NCBI RefSeq assembly: GCF_964355755.1
Contig: NC_092672.1
Span: 26,418,437 to 26,482,436, forward strand
DNA length: 64,000 bases
Source of the DNA: Antedon mediterranea
Lineage: Eukaryota > Animalia > Echinodermata
Direction: 5' to 3'
Position numbers and translations under genes: made by a program. The notes beneath the pieces are model-generated. The model was not told where the DNA came from and did not search any database. It saw nothing but the letters and a program-made list of their open reading frames with translations. Below are positions 15,201-30,200 of the stretch, piece by piece. Each line of letters begins with the position of its first letter. Positions within the stretch are counted from its first letter, which is position 1.

Positions 15201-18200
15201 TAGGTTTTGTAATATATCAGTATTTAGGAAACACAAATTCCTGTAAACACCAGTTTCTATCTTGTAAGAAAACAATAAAAACAATGTAATGCCCATCAGT
15301 CATCCATAAACCAGCAGGGTACTGCAGTATTTGGCAACAAATCCCCTGTAAGTACCAGCTTATCAGAAATCAAGTCAGTATTGAGTTGTATACACACAAT
15401 CATAAAAGGAAGTATGAAAATATAGAAATGTTGGATCCGAAATGTTTATCTTACCTTCTCTTCAGATGTCAGTGCTGTAATGTTTTGTGTCCAGATGACT
15501 ATGGCTATTTATACTGATTTAGTTTATGTTATTTTCCAACCATGTACACGTTGTGTTTCTTTGATTATAAATAAAAACTTGTCAAATTTTTATTGTATTT
15601 GTACAGTACTAAACCACTTGCTTTTATCACAGTTTATTAGCCACAATTAACAGCCTGTACACAGATTGTACGAAACCGTTCAGGTGTATCAACAAGTGTG
15701 CTGAACTTGTAGACTTCCTGGATATTGTCTGCTATTGCTGTGTTATATTGTTAACCCATGTTTTGTATTCATTTTCAAACAACTTCCTTATATATAATTA
15801 TTTATTTGGTAAACAATAAGCACATGACTCAGCAATTACTGAATAGGATATCAACCAATGATTTTGTAAAGGTGAAGTCTCTTATGAGGCATAGTATTGG
15901 CACTGTTTTGGGCATAAGAATAATGCTCCTACACCTGACACTGACAGTGGCAGGCATGGTAACAACCAAGCTAGCATTAACTAAAATGTACCAACTCATG
16001 TCAGACAATTATTGCCACAGTATATAGTACTAATTTTAATTTAAATTAGCTTAAGTATCCGTATTCGTCATTTTATGTTAATTGTGTTCAATGTGTGTGC
16101 CACCGATGTAAAGGTGCAATTTCCAAATAAATTGATTGATTGATTGATTATACCACTATTGACATGTTTAATGTAGGCCTTAGATTTTTTTTTTTGATTT
16201 TTTTTTTTTAACCATATTTAATGAGGGTAATCCATCCAGCTATTGCTGATCATTAGGGACCCTCAGAGGTTCACAAGACAAACATACACAAGATGCTCTA
16301 CATAAACAAAGTCTTATTACAAGTCTTTGGGAGTGGAGTAATTTGGTCCTTAGAAAAAATCCTGACATGTGACGGGACTTGAACCCAGGGCCCTTGGAGT
16401 GGTAGCCAAGCATCATAACCACCAATCCACAACTCCACTCCGAATTCGAATTGGTTGACATATCTGGCCATTAAATGTTAAATCATAATTTAGATTAAAC
16501 TATTTGTTTGGTTTGAAAGAGCAGTACCTGTTATACCATTTATATTCCCATTCATCTGTCTCCAACGACCAGTACAACAGGGTGATCCCTACTCTAAGTG
16601 CATATACACTGGACCTCCAGTTTTAAGTCATCCAAGAAAACTTGTTCTACTGCCAGAACCACAAGCAGAATCTTTAAAAACCTGTTCTGATTTTGTGGCT
16701 AGATTTGCAGCGATATCCTCCCCCCCCCCCCCCTGCCATCAGGTGTGGGAAGGTTTGATTAAATATGATAATTTTATTTATATTACAAACAAAATTGAAA
16801 TTAAACTGTAAAAAGAAAATCCACTACCAATTCCAATCACCATAAATATTTATTAACTCAAATGTAAAAAGTGTCTTAGAAATGATAAGCAAAATATTTT
16901 TTAAGTCAGTTAATTGGTTAATCAATCATTGGCAAATTGTGTTTCACATTTCCAGGCCTCACAAAACCAAGGTTTTGTTGTTCCCCTGAGGGGCAGCCAG
17001 TTTGGTTGCCCTCTCAATATCTTAATGGCCAAAACTGATGCAAAACATTATTGTACTCTTTCATTGGATTTTTACTTGTTTGTCCACCAGGGCTGACCAT
17101 TTTAATTAATTTTTAGCTGCTCTACATCCATTTACGGTTGCCCCGAGGCCAACTGATTCTGCGAGCCAAGTATCATATGTGACACCTGTATCATAGGCAA
17201 TAAGCCTATGACCTAAACATAATACAGGCGCACCTGTGATAGCTTAGGTATATGTGACTTGATATAATGCTGTATGTTGAGATTCAGTACATAGAAAATC
17301 GGGTGCAAAATAATATTACAGAAACATGGTTATATAGAAAAACCCTTTTTTTCTTCAAAAGGATAGCACAGCACCTTTAATGTTTACTGACTCCGGTGGG
17401 TTTTCAATATCAACTTTGCTATCAATAATTCGAAGTTCAGATCCAGCAGGTGTGGGTGACACTGTAAAATAAAACCATTGCATTTGTTATTATGTTATCT
17501 AGTAAAACGCATTCTTAGTTTTATTCATCATCATCAAGATGGCTCACATGGTCCAATTATGAAAATCTGGGCCTATTAAAAACCTTTATTTTAGAATATC
17601 TTTTGGTTTTCTGTTATGAGAAAGTTGAAGCCAGTCTACTTATTTTTAAACAACCTTGTCTACACTATGAAACTTATGTGACAAATTTGATGTGCCCATA
17701 ATATGGACAGGATGAATATATTTGATCATATCACTACCATATTTGGGCACATCACTCCTTTTTTGGTCTTATAATACTGTAATGTCACTTACATTTTGCC
17801 TGTTTGCAAGTTCTTTGCAAAATCGCTTGCATCGTTGATAATGCCTGTTCACATGCAAACTGAAATATAGATAATGAACTAAAAATATAATCAACCTTAT
17901 AATCATTGGAGTTTTCTAAAACAATGCTCTGAGATGAATGTCATAATACATCCTGTGGAGCAAATTTCATTTCATTTCATAGTAACATTTATTTCCTTCA
18001 TAATATACAAAATAAATAATATAATACAAAATTCATGACGAGAAGAAAGATAGTTAAAACAATACAATTTTTTTTTTTTTTTTTTTTCTCATCTTTAAAA
18101 TGAATAAAACAATATTATGAAGGAGGCACAGTTTCTAAAAAGCAAAAGCTTGTGTTGAAAGTGCCTGAACAAAACAAAAAGTAACTAAAATCAAATTAGT

Positions 18201-21200
18201 AAATAATAGTAAATGGGATAGGAATAAAGTAATTACGATAACGGAATATGAAAACAATAAAAAACTGATACCTAGAATATAACTAGTTAATTAATTTACT
18301 TTTGTATTAGATATTGTTTAGTGTTAAAGACGAAGCTATGTTTGTTTGCAGAAGTTGTAATTTTGTTAGGAAGTGAGTTCCATATCTTGGGTCCAGTAAA
18401 TCTAATATTATGTTGAAAAGAAGTCTTTTTGTGTTTAGGAATATGAAGGTTATTGAGGATTCTTGTGGAATAGCCGTGAAATTCATAATTGGGAGAAAAC
18501 ATATCGCGTAAATGAGATGGAAGAAGAGCATTTTGGCTTTTGTAAATAAATAAACATTGTTGGAAAATATTAATATCTGTTAATTTTAATAATTTGAGAG
18601 AACGAAATAAAGGATCTGTACTAGTTCTAGGTGAAACATTTGAAATTATTCGAATGATTTTCTTTTGTAGTATTTGAAGTTTATTTAAATTAGATTTTAT
18701 TTCATTTCATTTATTTATTTCACTTTACAAATATATAAATATAAAGTGGAGGAGCCTAAAAAAAAGCAAAGCTTGTGGTGAATAGGCTCCTCAAAACAAA
18801 ACAAATAAAATATAAATAATATAACACAATTAGAAACTCCAAAAAAACAACAATTAAACTAATATCTTTTCTCTAACACATAAGTTTAACATGTTTAGAA
18901 CTAAAAAAACAAGTAAAAAATAGATTATAAAAATTATTTAAGAAATATCAAATATATCAATAATAAAAGAATTTACAAAGAACCTTCAACCAATAATAGT
19001 TTAAATTGACGTTTAAATAAACGTTTAAATAAAGCACAGTTATGAGATTTTTTAAGAGATAAAGGAAGAGAATTCCAGAGTTTAGGTCCAGTATATACAA
19101 GGGTATTCATTTTAAGTCTAGTTCGAGTAAATGGCAGGTGATACTGATCTTTTTGTCTTGTTTGGTGAGTGTGGTATTGTTTATTTTGAGTGAATTTACT
19201 GGATATTATAGGTGGTAAGTGTCCGGCGGTTAATTGAAACATGATGACACCAACATTAAATCTATAGAGATCCTCAATTTTTAATATTTTATTTGTTTGA
19301 AAGAGATCTTGGGTGTGAGCACGAAAAGTTACCCCTGAGATAATTCTGACAGCTCGTTTCTGGATTAATAACATTTTAGTAATAATTGATTTTGAAGCAT
19401 TTCCCCAAGCAAGAACACCATAATTTAAGTACGATAAAATAAGAGTAGAATATAAAATATTTAATACTTTTTGAGGAAATATTGATTTCAATTTATACAT
19501 CATGCCAACATTTTTTGATAATAATTTGGGAATGTGTCACACCAAACGATATTGCAATATAAGAGATATGGCAAAACAAGGGAGCAGTAGAGTGTTCGGA
19601 GAATATGATGTGGAAGAAAAGATGCCAGTCTACAAATTATACCAATATTTTTTGAGATTTTGTTTTCTGTCTCAATAACATGGGGTTTCCATGTCAGACG
19701 ACTATCAATGGATACACCCAAAAATTTAGCATGATTGACCATGGGGAGAACAGAACCATTTAGTTTAATTTGCAATGGACCTAATTTAATTGGCATCGTA
19801 CTACTTCTAAACAAAACATAGCTGCACTTTTTTAGATTTACAGAAAGGCTGTTTGCCAGAAACCATTCGGATACATTAATTAAACTTGTATTTACAGTGT
19901 TAAATAACGACTCTAAGTGTCGATTTTTACAGATTAGTGTTGTGTCATCTGCATATAAAAAGTAAGATAAAGATACTGACGAATTGTAAATATCATTCAC
20001 ATATAAAAGAAACAGAAAAGGACCTAGTAATGAACCTTGTGGTACTCCACAGGTAATAGGCAAATAGTCTGATTGGGAATCACAAAACTTGGTACATTGG
20101 TAGCGGTTGGATAAATAGCTCTTAAATAAATTGAGAGGAACACCGCGAATACCATAGTGATACAGTTTTGAAAGAAGAATGGGATGGTTAATGGTATCGA
20201 ATGCTTTCGATAGATCGACAAAAACACCAATTGCAAACTCATCATTTTCAAATGCATCTATTATTTCATTGGACAAATCAATTAAGGCCATTGCGGTATC
20301 AAAATGTTTGCGAAATCCAAATTGCTTATTGAATAGAATATTATTTTTTTCCATAAAGGCATAGGTTCTATTATAGATAATTCTTTCTAATATTTTAGAA
20401 AATAGCGAAAGGACTGAGATCGGTCGGTAATTAGATAAAGTGTCCTTTTTTCCTGCTTTAAAGATGGGAGTAACTCTTGCCAATTTCAATTTATTTGGAA
20501 AAACTCCTTTTGTTAAAGACAGATTAAATATGTGACATAGAGGTTTAACCAAAAGGGAAATTGATAGTTTAATAACTTTTGGACTGAATTCATCAAGTCC
20601 TTGCGCTTTATTAGTTTTAAAACAAATTCAAGAGTAAGAAGAAAACGTTTTAAAGAATCCATCTTGCCCAAGAGACTACGTGTATTAAAATGGATAGTAG
20701 ACAAAACATTTTTATCATTGTTATGCTTAGAGAAATTCTCTGAGAATGTTTCTGGATCAAAATAATTAGATTCATTTAAACTAGCATAAAATTGAGAGTG
20801 TGGATCAACATTTTCGTTAATATTCATGTTCTCGTATGCCACAAAAGGGTTAAATTTCACATCAGTTGTAGGGTTGGATTGGCACATTAATTATAAGGTA
20901 TCATAGATAATTTAAACATTAGGTAAAAGTTAACAATAATATAATAAAATAAAAAACTAAATATAACAATAATTAAACATAAAACAATTCTGTATAGTGC
21001 TGCCGTATTACTGGTAGCGTAAGCGTTGCACTCCCCGTGTATAAAACGGAGAATAATACATTAGGTATGCAACCGGGTATGCAAAGGTATAATTTGCATA
21101 ATAATGGTACGTAGCGGACATACTTGGAATTTAAACAAGCAAAGCCAGGTTAAATATACTGAAATTACAAAATGAAAGAAGGCAGAGAAAAAGAAACCAT

Positions 21201-24200
21201 TCATATCTCAGTTCCTCAAATCACCGTAAAAGTTACTTGAATATATAGGGAGTCCCCGTAGAAGTTCGCCATTTACCAGCAGAGAATTTAAGTTTAGTTC
21301 CATTGTCATATAAAGCTTTAACTTGAAATTTCCATTTCTTCCTTTCTTTATAATCCACTAAGGTCAGATCATCTATCACGTAAAACTGTTTATCTTGTAA
21401 GGCAATATTCTTCTGTTTCATGACTTGAATTTTAGAGTTATAACTAAGTAGTTTAATTATAATGTGTCGGGGCCTCACCGGTAGTACAGGACCGACTCGA
21501 TGTGCACGCTCTATCGTTGGTATTTCACTAAATTCAAAGTTATCTATTAGAATGTTCCTGGCCAAGACAACACAATCCTCACCTGATTCTTCTTTAAGTC
21601 CCACAATTCGAACGTTGTTACGTCGGCTGAAGCGTTCGGATTTGTTGGCCTCTAGTTCAAGCTTCGCAACCGTAGATGATAATTTATCAACCGTTTGTTC
21701 GAGTTGACCAATCTTGTTAGCCTTGATAATATCGTTTTCTTCGAGTGCTGCGATTCTGTCCGAGTTAAATCCAATAGCTTGGTTCAAATCCTCTTTAATT
21801 TTTGCCTGCCCATCTAATAATGATTTTAGGGAAGCATGTACAAAATTGTTAAAGTCCACAGGGTTGGAACAAGCACTTTCAATATCGGCTGGGCGAGAGC
21901 GAGTCTTGGGTTTGGTGGCCATGATGCATACACGCCGTGTAAATTGTAGTCAAATGAGGAGCGCTCGCTATACACGTCTTATCCTGAGCACGTCATTGAT
22001 ATACTATAAATGTCGCCCTCTATACAGTACTATGTTTTTTTATTTATATTTGTTCTATTTTATATAATGCATATCCTTGGTTAATGGTTGGTTATTAATA
22101 TGATGCTTAAATTCTCAATTATTAGGCCATTAAAAAAGGCAGCATGCAGAATTTTGACCGCGCAGTAGAACAGTTTTAAGCAGCACACACTACAGGTTGT
22201 TTTTTCGAATGTCACCAATGCTGCAGCATGGCACAACATTTTTACAACAAACTGAACATGCAATAGAGCCATTTAATGGAACCATTATATTTTACTTCTA
22301 CTTCATATGATGCAGAATTAGAACAAATGGCAAGGGATATTCTTTTATCATGTTATAATGTAACCAAATGAATTAAAGCAATAACTAGTAATATTAAACA
22401 AACCTGAAGGTTGTCTGGATATCTATGACTCCATACAAGTAGAAGAGCAGAGAAGACATCACCAGTTCCTTTAAATGACATCTCTACCTTGGGATACTCA
22501 ATTTTAAAACCAGTCTTCTTTCCATCTATAGGCAAAAGCACACAGTGCAACATGTTTATTATTGGTCCCTGGGTAAAGACATTGAGCTTTAGAGCAAAAG
22601 CACAGTCTCTGACCCCCACTCACAATCTCAATGGATTTCCTTTAGTGGTGGACACTCCTCAAATGAACCAAATATTTATAATATACTACTCACATTACTC
22701 TCAAATTTTGAAAATTTAACAACAAGTGATTCCTGCTACTGTATGTATAATTTGTTGAACTGTAGGCAACTGTAATTTGTTGCATGCAATTATTGTAATA
22801 TGTATCACTTGTGATGCCTGTATCGTATGTCATAGACCTATCCTCCACCATAAAATACGGTACTACAGGCACCAGATGTGATTCATGCAACACAACAGAA
22901 TTGCCTTTCAGACTGGATAATTTATGCTTGAATTTGGAGGTGTACAGAGAATTTGAATCATTATGCAATGGTCATTACCTTTGATCTGTGTTCCAATCAA
23001 TGTTAGTGTATTTTCATTGCCTGTTTCATAGCTGCTAAGTATAACTGTCTTTACTCCTTTATCATGTAGAAACTGAGTAGCTTTTAATGCTTCTTCTTCA
23101 TTGGTTATTTTCGTCCCACTTAAAAGTCTAACAACCAAAAATGTGAAAGATAACTGTTTTGAACTATCCGATTATTCTGGGACCGATAGATCCAGGAATT
23201 ATGAAATAGGGTCGAGCACCTAGGGCCTAAACATTGTTAACAGCTTAACTTATGTCCTTTCCGTTTGCACATTTCAATTTTCAAACTTGTAGTTAGAAGC
23301 CAGCTAAATCCACATATTCATACGTGCATATCAGTTGCACGCATGTGAAAGGCATGATCACATATGAAAGGTTGTAAGTAATCAATATTGTAATTGAGTA
23401 TTGAGAATTTACAATCTTTTTTTATTTTCCTGGTCACCATTGAATCTAATTGTAGGAGCTAATCAAACTTTTGTCAAATGGTAACTCTTCCATGATTGTT
23501 GTCCATAGTTCGAAATGTGTGCATTTAGGAATTCTTGGCAGATTCAGAATTTTTAACAGAGGAGCACTAACTATAATATAGTATGTTTAAAATATATATC
23601 AATAATTTCATTTTAAGAGAGATTGCGCCCCCTGTATCTGTTCCTTGGCTTTCCAATGTAAAATGTTACCATAAAGTCAACTTTTAACTTTGACTTACTC
23701 AGCCTCAAACTGATTTGGTGTAATTATGTCTGCCAGTGGTAACAGTTCATCGCGATAAATTGGCATCAGTTCTTCTGGGACATAGTAGCAGCCGTTATCA
23801 CCCATGACTGGATCACACAGATATATCACATTTGGATTGGCTTGTTTTGCATCTTTTACCACCTGTACAATCTCACGAAGGAAAGATGGTGAGCCTACAC
23901 CACCTGTGAATAATGTAATATACTTGTTACAGATTCTTTTGGATTGCAAAGTAATTGCATTGTATGTATTATTATTATTAGTTGACATTCATGGCTGGTG
24001 TAGTGCTATTTTTAACCTTCTAAACAAAGTATCAGTAGGCTGCTGAGACTTAGCACAAATGCAATTTCATGAGGTGTATATTTAGTGTAGCGGTACATCC
24101 TGTCTAAATTCTGAATTTTCTATATTCATTTTCTATTTATACATAATTTCATTTGTATACCTAATAATAATGTAGTCTCGGTTGGAGTGGCTTTTTCTTA

Positions 24201-27200
24201 TTCTCATAGATTTTCTCATCTTTCTCATTTTTAGTTAGTTAATTAATATTCGGTATATCATTGACAAAGCAAAACATACTAATACAAAAATAGAATTGTT
24301 ATCTTGATATAACCCACCACCTCCTATATGAAATTTCCTAAATCAACAATACATATAATACTCTATAGAAAAAAAGAGGATGATTTAATCATCAGCCCCG
24401 ACTAATTCCACTAGGACACAGGGATGCATAAACAACAAAAATAAAAGCACTTAGAAACTGAGTGAAGTACTTGGCAACAGAGTGGCGTGTTAAAAGAAAA
24501 ACAAAATTATTTGTAAAATTATTAAATTTTCTTGAATGTTTGTCATGCAAACAAACGTACAAAGCAATTGTACTATATAATAGCAAGCTTCTGTTTTTTC
24601 AAGTAATAAGTAATAATAAAAGCATTTTAATAAACAAATTATAAATAAGATTGAATCTAAAATTAAATCACCACTCAATAACTAGTGCAGTTCAGAGCAT
24701 ACAGTACTTACCAGTTAAAATATGAGAATAAATATTTATGTCATTTTGCTTGATACAATCATACAGACGTTTGAGATCATTACCATTTAAGATCTGACCA
24801 TCGTTCCAAACCTTATATGCTATGTTTGTGCATTGCTGCATTGCATTGATAATATCTACTTCATATCCAAGTACCTGAAAAAATTAATTTAAATGTATGC
24901 AACAACACTTAAATGTTCAAAAATATGGTTTCTTTCTCATTTCGTCAGTACAGTATTGAGCACCATCCAAAATATGACAACTGTAATAAATTTGAACTGC
25001 ACTTTTTTTTTCTAAACCTTTTCTTGTAATATAACTAAAACAATGCTTTCAATATACTGTATTTTGAAGTCATTACCAACAAAATGTTTGTGGTGCCATA
25101 TTATGTTTTTGAAGGCTAGAACATTTATTATAACTTTATTTACATATTATATTATGATTGATAACTTAAAATCGGTGCTCTATGGTCTTTTTTTATTGTT
25201 TGTATAATTTGTTGGAGATACTGTGATTAATATTTTACAAAATGTAGTTTTGGTTAGGCATTGTATAGATTCCTTGACCCTTTTTTATTTTATTTTCTTG
25301 GTTTCTGGTTTGATCGAAGGCATGACAAGGATGCTAGGATTAATGAAGTTCTTTAATATCAAGATTCAATTGATTCAAGACATTGTAATTTATCAAGCAA
25401 TTAAACATGCGTGTGATTTTCCTCTGCCATTGTCATATAAATATATGCTTTTTATCAGCTGGTAATAGTAATTAAACTACAATATGGTATACACACTCAC
25501 AAATAATATTTAATAGATTAATGTTATAATATAGTAAACATTTATATTCATAGTCCACACAGCCTAATAATATTTAATAGTTTATAGTAATGTTATATTT
25601 GGTCATTCATGTTTTTCATATTGTATCATGCAATTATGAAGTACAAATATGCTTATTCATCATAAACATTGAAAATACTGTATTTACAGTGTTTAAATAA
25701 ACAGAAAGAACCAAAATTGTTTCTTAGTCCAAGCTTTGGACTCAAAATTGTCGAGTCGAGTGGCCGAGCAGTTTGGTTTAAGGCCCTCGACCATTTTTTT
25801 TTGTGGTAGAACAATTCTTCTCGGATAAGGACTTAAAACTAGAGGTGCAGTGTACTCATCTGGCCAATGTGCACTTTAAAGAACCCAGTACATCTTTCGG
25901 AAGAGTAGGGAGTTACCCCGGTGTACTGTTCCATTCATCCCCTGCCGTTGAGGACAGACGAACAGGCGCCATTTGGTGGCAGCACTCGACATGAATGGAT
26001 CCTTAACGGAGAAGAAAGTTTTGTATGTGTAGTCCACATCTGTTCACAATTCAGCCCTGTAGGCTGCCAGTCGCAGGTTATTCCCCCATTTACATTTATA
26101 TATAGATATATAAATTTACAGGCATATATACTGTAAATAAATTTGATGGTCAAATAAGAAATTCTAAACTGCCTATATAAAAATAATATAATTAATAGAT
26201 ATATCATAAATTGATCATATTTTTTAATAGAATATAAATTTTACTATCAAAACAAACATGTTTTGGTTTGTCCAAACACTGGACAAAAATATCTCTGATA
26301 AAAACTGAATAAATTAAATTACAATGTAAAGATCTTTTCTTCAAGAGAGAGTGACCCATCTACTACTGTAAATTTGTACCTTGCTGGAACATTATCACCA
26401 TCCTCTTCCTTGTTTTTCACTCCTTTTGTTTTTCACTAAATAAAATGCACAATATCTAACCTGCATTGGAAACACAGCTGCCTTGTTTCCAATATATCCA
26501 GACACAACATGAATTTGTATGGACAAAACACGGCGCTCGTGTACCGACATTTTTGATTGTCAAAAAAGAAAATCGACACAATTAGATACAAACACACTTG
26601 TAAGAGCTCCCAAATTAAACAAAGTGATCAAAGGATTTTTTTTATACTGCCGTCATAAAGTTACAGTAGTCATTTTGACTAGATCCGCCTACCTATTGCA
26701 TATTCAATGATTTTGATGACATCATCATCATGAAAGTCAGTTATTTTAGACTTGATTGTCCAAACCTGTTGCATATTCAATGATTTTGATGACATCATCA
26801 TCATGAAAGTCAGTTATTTTAGACTTGATTGTCCAAACCTATTGCATATTTAATGATTTTTAAGACATCATCATAATAAAGTCAGTAATTTAAGACTTGA
26901 TCTGCCTACCTATTGCATATTCAATGATTTTGATGACATCATCATGATCAAAGTCAGTCAATTTGATAATGTGCCAATTCAATTTGTATCCCTAGATCCC
27001 TGGATCTAAATTTCCTGTATATCCCCTTATTATGTTGTAATTTTCACCATACTGAGGAGATAAAAATTGTCACAGATTGTCTGTCTCCCTTCCCCTATTT
27101 TATGTAAGACTTGTTTACGGTGTGGTCCTTTGTGGTGAATTTGGCAGTACACCGAGAGGCGATACCCTACTCTTTTTCAAAGAGTATACTGATAGTTCTT

Positions 27201-30200
27201 TAACATGCACATTAGCCATGTTCCAAAACAACTTAACGTCTTCCAAAAGACTACTACTGTTTACATGACACACGGAGAATGTCGATGGGAATTGAACCGT
27301 ACACCAAAGGAAACCTATAGTATTTCATGGTTCAGCACACAACACAGTGGACTACCACCACTTTAGCCAACTGTGCTAAAGATGTCACTATCTCATAAAA
27401 ATATATATTTTAATTTACCAGATGAGGCAAATACTGTACATCCTACCATCATATTTATTATTTATATTATGGTTAGTAGTGTGATGATGATATTAAATTA
27501 TTTGTATTATTTTTTGATGATTTTCAATGGAGTGATCCTTGACCACATATCTCATATCATATCTGTATTTTCATTTTAGTAAAGATCTTGCAATTACTTT
27601 TCGAGTAATCCTGCTAACAAACAAACAGACAAACAAACACGCGCGATCGGCTACATATACTTAGTGGAGGTAAATAACAAAAGCTGACAGAGAGTTGTAA
27701 CCTCCGGCAGGGAGAAAATGTGAAGACAGATCTAAAATTATGACTCAGATCCTAACCAAAATCTAATAGAGTTTACCTTTTACAAACCTTTGCATTCCCT
27801 GCGCAAAAATCTGCTCATCCGTATTGGAATTTATAAAACATTCTCTTTAGAGGATAACCGAAAGTTGAATTCATGACATGTTTAAACTTCACAATGATTA
27901 TATGTTCTACTTTCAGGCACTCCAGCTGTGCTCGGACCTATGAGCTCCATTAGTAATGATAAAACACCACCACAAGAGCAGCGTGTAGAACGACTGAAAC
28001 ATCGGCCTGGCTCAGGAAGCCTTACTTGCAAAGTGATATCAGATGGACCTTCTAAAGTGCTAAGAATAACAGACAGCTTTCCACAGGTACACATTGTACT
28101 TACTGTATTATTAACCCGATTCTCTGTATTGCATCTCACATATGGCATCATTTGTCCAATATCATACAGTAGGCAAACTATGTATACTCTGTCACATATG
28201 TATCACATGTGTCGCCTGTAACATGTAAAGGTTATAGGTTTCTGGCTTAGCCATCACACGTGATACACACTATATGTGACACTGTATTAGAGAATTTGCC
28301 TATGATAGGGACACATTATAGATAGATCCGGATATTAAAAATATTAATATAAGTACTGTGGAACTTTCATACTCCAATCCTAGTGGTTATTCCAAGCCCC
28401 GTAGCCAATGGGGGTTTCAATGGATCAAACAACCTCCTGAACCAGCAATAATAAAATGCAGACCACCAGCGGAAAAGTGATCGTAACTTATGCTGATTTT
28501 TGCCCCTTTTGTAGAACAATTGAATTCCTCAGACAAAAAAAATATGTACCATACTAAAAACCATTTATTTATAATAGCAACATTTTTTTTTACAGAAACA
28601 TTTTCAAGTTTCAAGTGTTGTGAGCAACTCTGGGTTTGTATCAGATTGGGAAGTAGTAAATAGTCAAGAGGTCAAAAGTCAAGAGAAGAAGAAGTCAGCA
28701 GATCCGGCTGTAACACCTAGTGATGATGCTGATTCCATGCAAGAACTTGAAGTAAATTTTGTTGTTAAATAACTATACTAATAGTGTTATATGTTAGAGA
28801 TGTTTATACTGAGCATTCTGTTCATAACATTGTTCGTTCATTTGACAGTGCTCCATAAATTGGCAGTCCATTTGTAGTAAAAATTGACATGCTTCAAATG
28901 ATGTCATTTTAGTGTTTAATAAACCAGGTCATGACACCCACAACCATATTCATATAACATCATTTTTAGGGTATTGGAAACTAGTAATAACCAACATCAT
29001 TGGTATAGAATTTGTAGTTTGTTATCTCAGCATAATTCATTTCTTAATGTAGGTGGCACTATGGCTGAAGAGTGGGATTGGAATTTCACTTGTTAACAGT
29101 TTGCCAGAGGAGATATTGTACTGCTCACTCAACAACATTGATGTTCATTACCTTGATGCGGTGACTGGCCTATATATAGATGCAAACATAGATGATATTC
29201 AGGTATTGTAGTAGTGATAATAAAAATCCTCAAATTTCCAACCCCAGACATGAAACTAACTAACCCTACAAAGGATGTTTTGGCATCATTGTTTTAGAAC
29301 CAGCACCATAGGTTTAAAACCATTGTCATTGTTGGTTTAGAACCAGCTTTCATTCCATATCCATCAGTGAAAATCTTTTAAGCAATTTAAGTAATCTCAC
29401 CTCAGTAATTGCTGTTGGTCTTTTTGCCCTGGGAGACACCAGCAAACAGAGCTTTGTAATGTTTACTTGACCTACAGTAGTTATCCATGAACTTTCACTT
29501 GAATAGTTTTGATTTTCAGTCATTTTTGTTTTGAATAAAACTATTTTTTTACTTAGGTTGATAACCAATTAATGAATTCCTTGAAACCAGTAGTATTGTA
29601 TAAAAATCAAGAGAACAACAATAAAGCTCCATTACTTGACTTCCACATCAACAAGTTACCGTCAGCTGGACATGATATCAATATTTATAAGGTAATAATA
29701 AATACAGTATTAATTTAAACAAATAAAAAACAAACTTCTGATGCATGTACTTGTCCACTATACAATAATATTCACTCATTCATTTATATTGACCCCCAAA
29801 AACATTAAAAATGAAGGTTAATAAATCAGACTTACTTTTGAATAGGCTACTTGTAGTTTTAATAAAATTAATCACTGAAAAAAGATGCAACCAAAAAGAC
29901 AAAATGATTTGTATTTTTTTTTTTTTGTATTTTGTATTAATATTTGTCCTCAGTGAGGAAATTCGGATTAGGCCCTCCACGGACCCACGGCAGCCAGCAG
30001 TGCAGCGCCTACAGATTTCACTTATAGAAAAACAAAATAAACAGTTAAATTTAACCAAAAACTCATTGTCTGAAAGAAAGATTTACTAATGTTTACTTTA
30101 AATTATTTATCAGGAAAATAAACTTTTTTAATACAATTTTGAATATCTATGTTATTTTTTCAGGGGAACAATATATTTTTTAAGTATTCACAAAAATAAT

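Larger units (their letters stand above)
17960..22010 (-). mobile_element. Composite of CR1/L2-group LINEs (ORF1, deleted ORF2, stacked 3' ends) in PDXK-like intron 5
   Basis: ORF1 21922-21233. ORF2 start/endonuclease remnant 20887-~20610. RT 20552-19500. Extra post-RT segments at 19503-18973 and ~18690-18296. 3' UTR hairpins with (TGAAA)n tails at ~18700 and ~17970. Confidence 0.9.
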
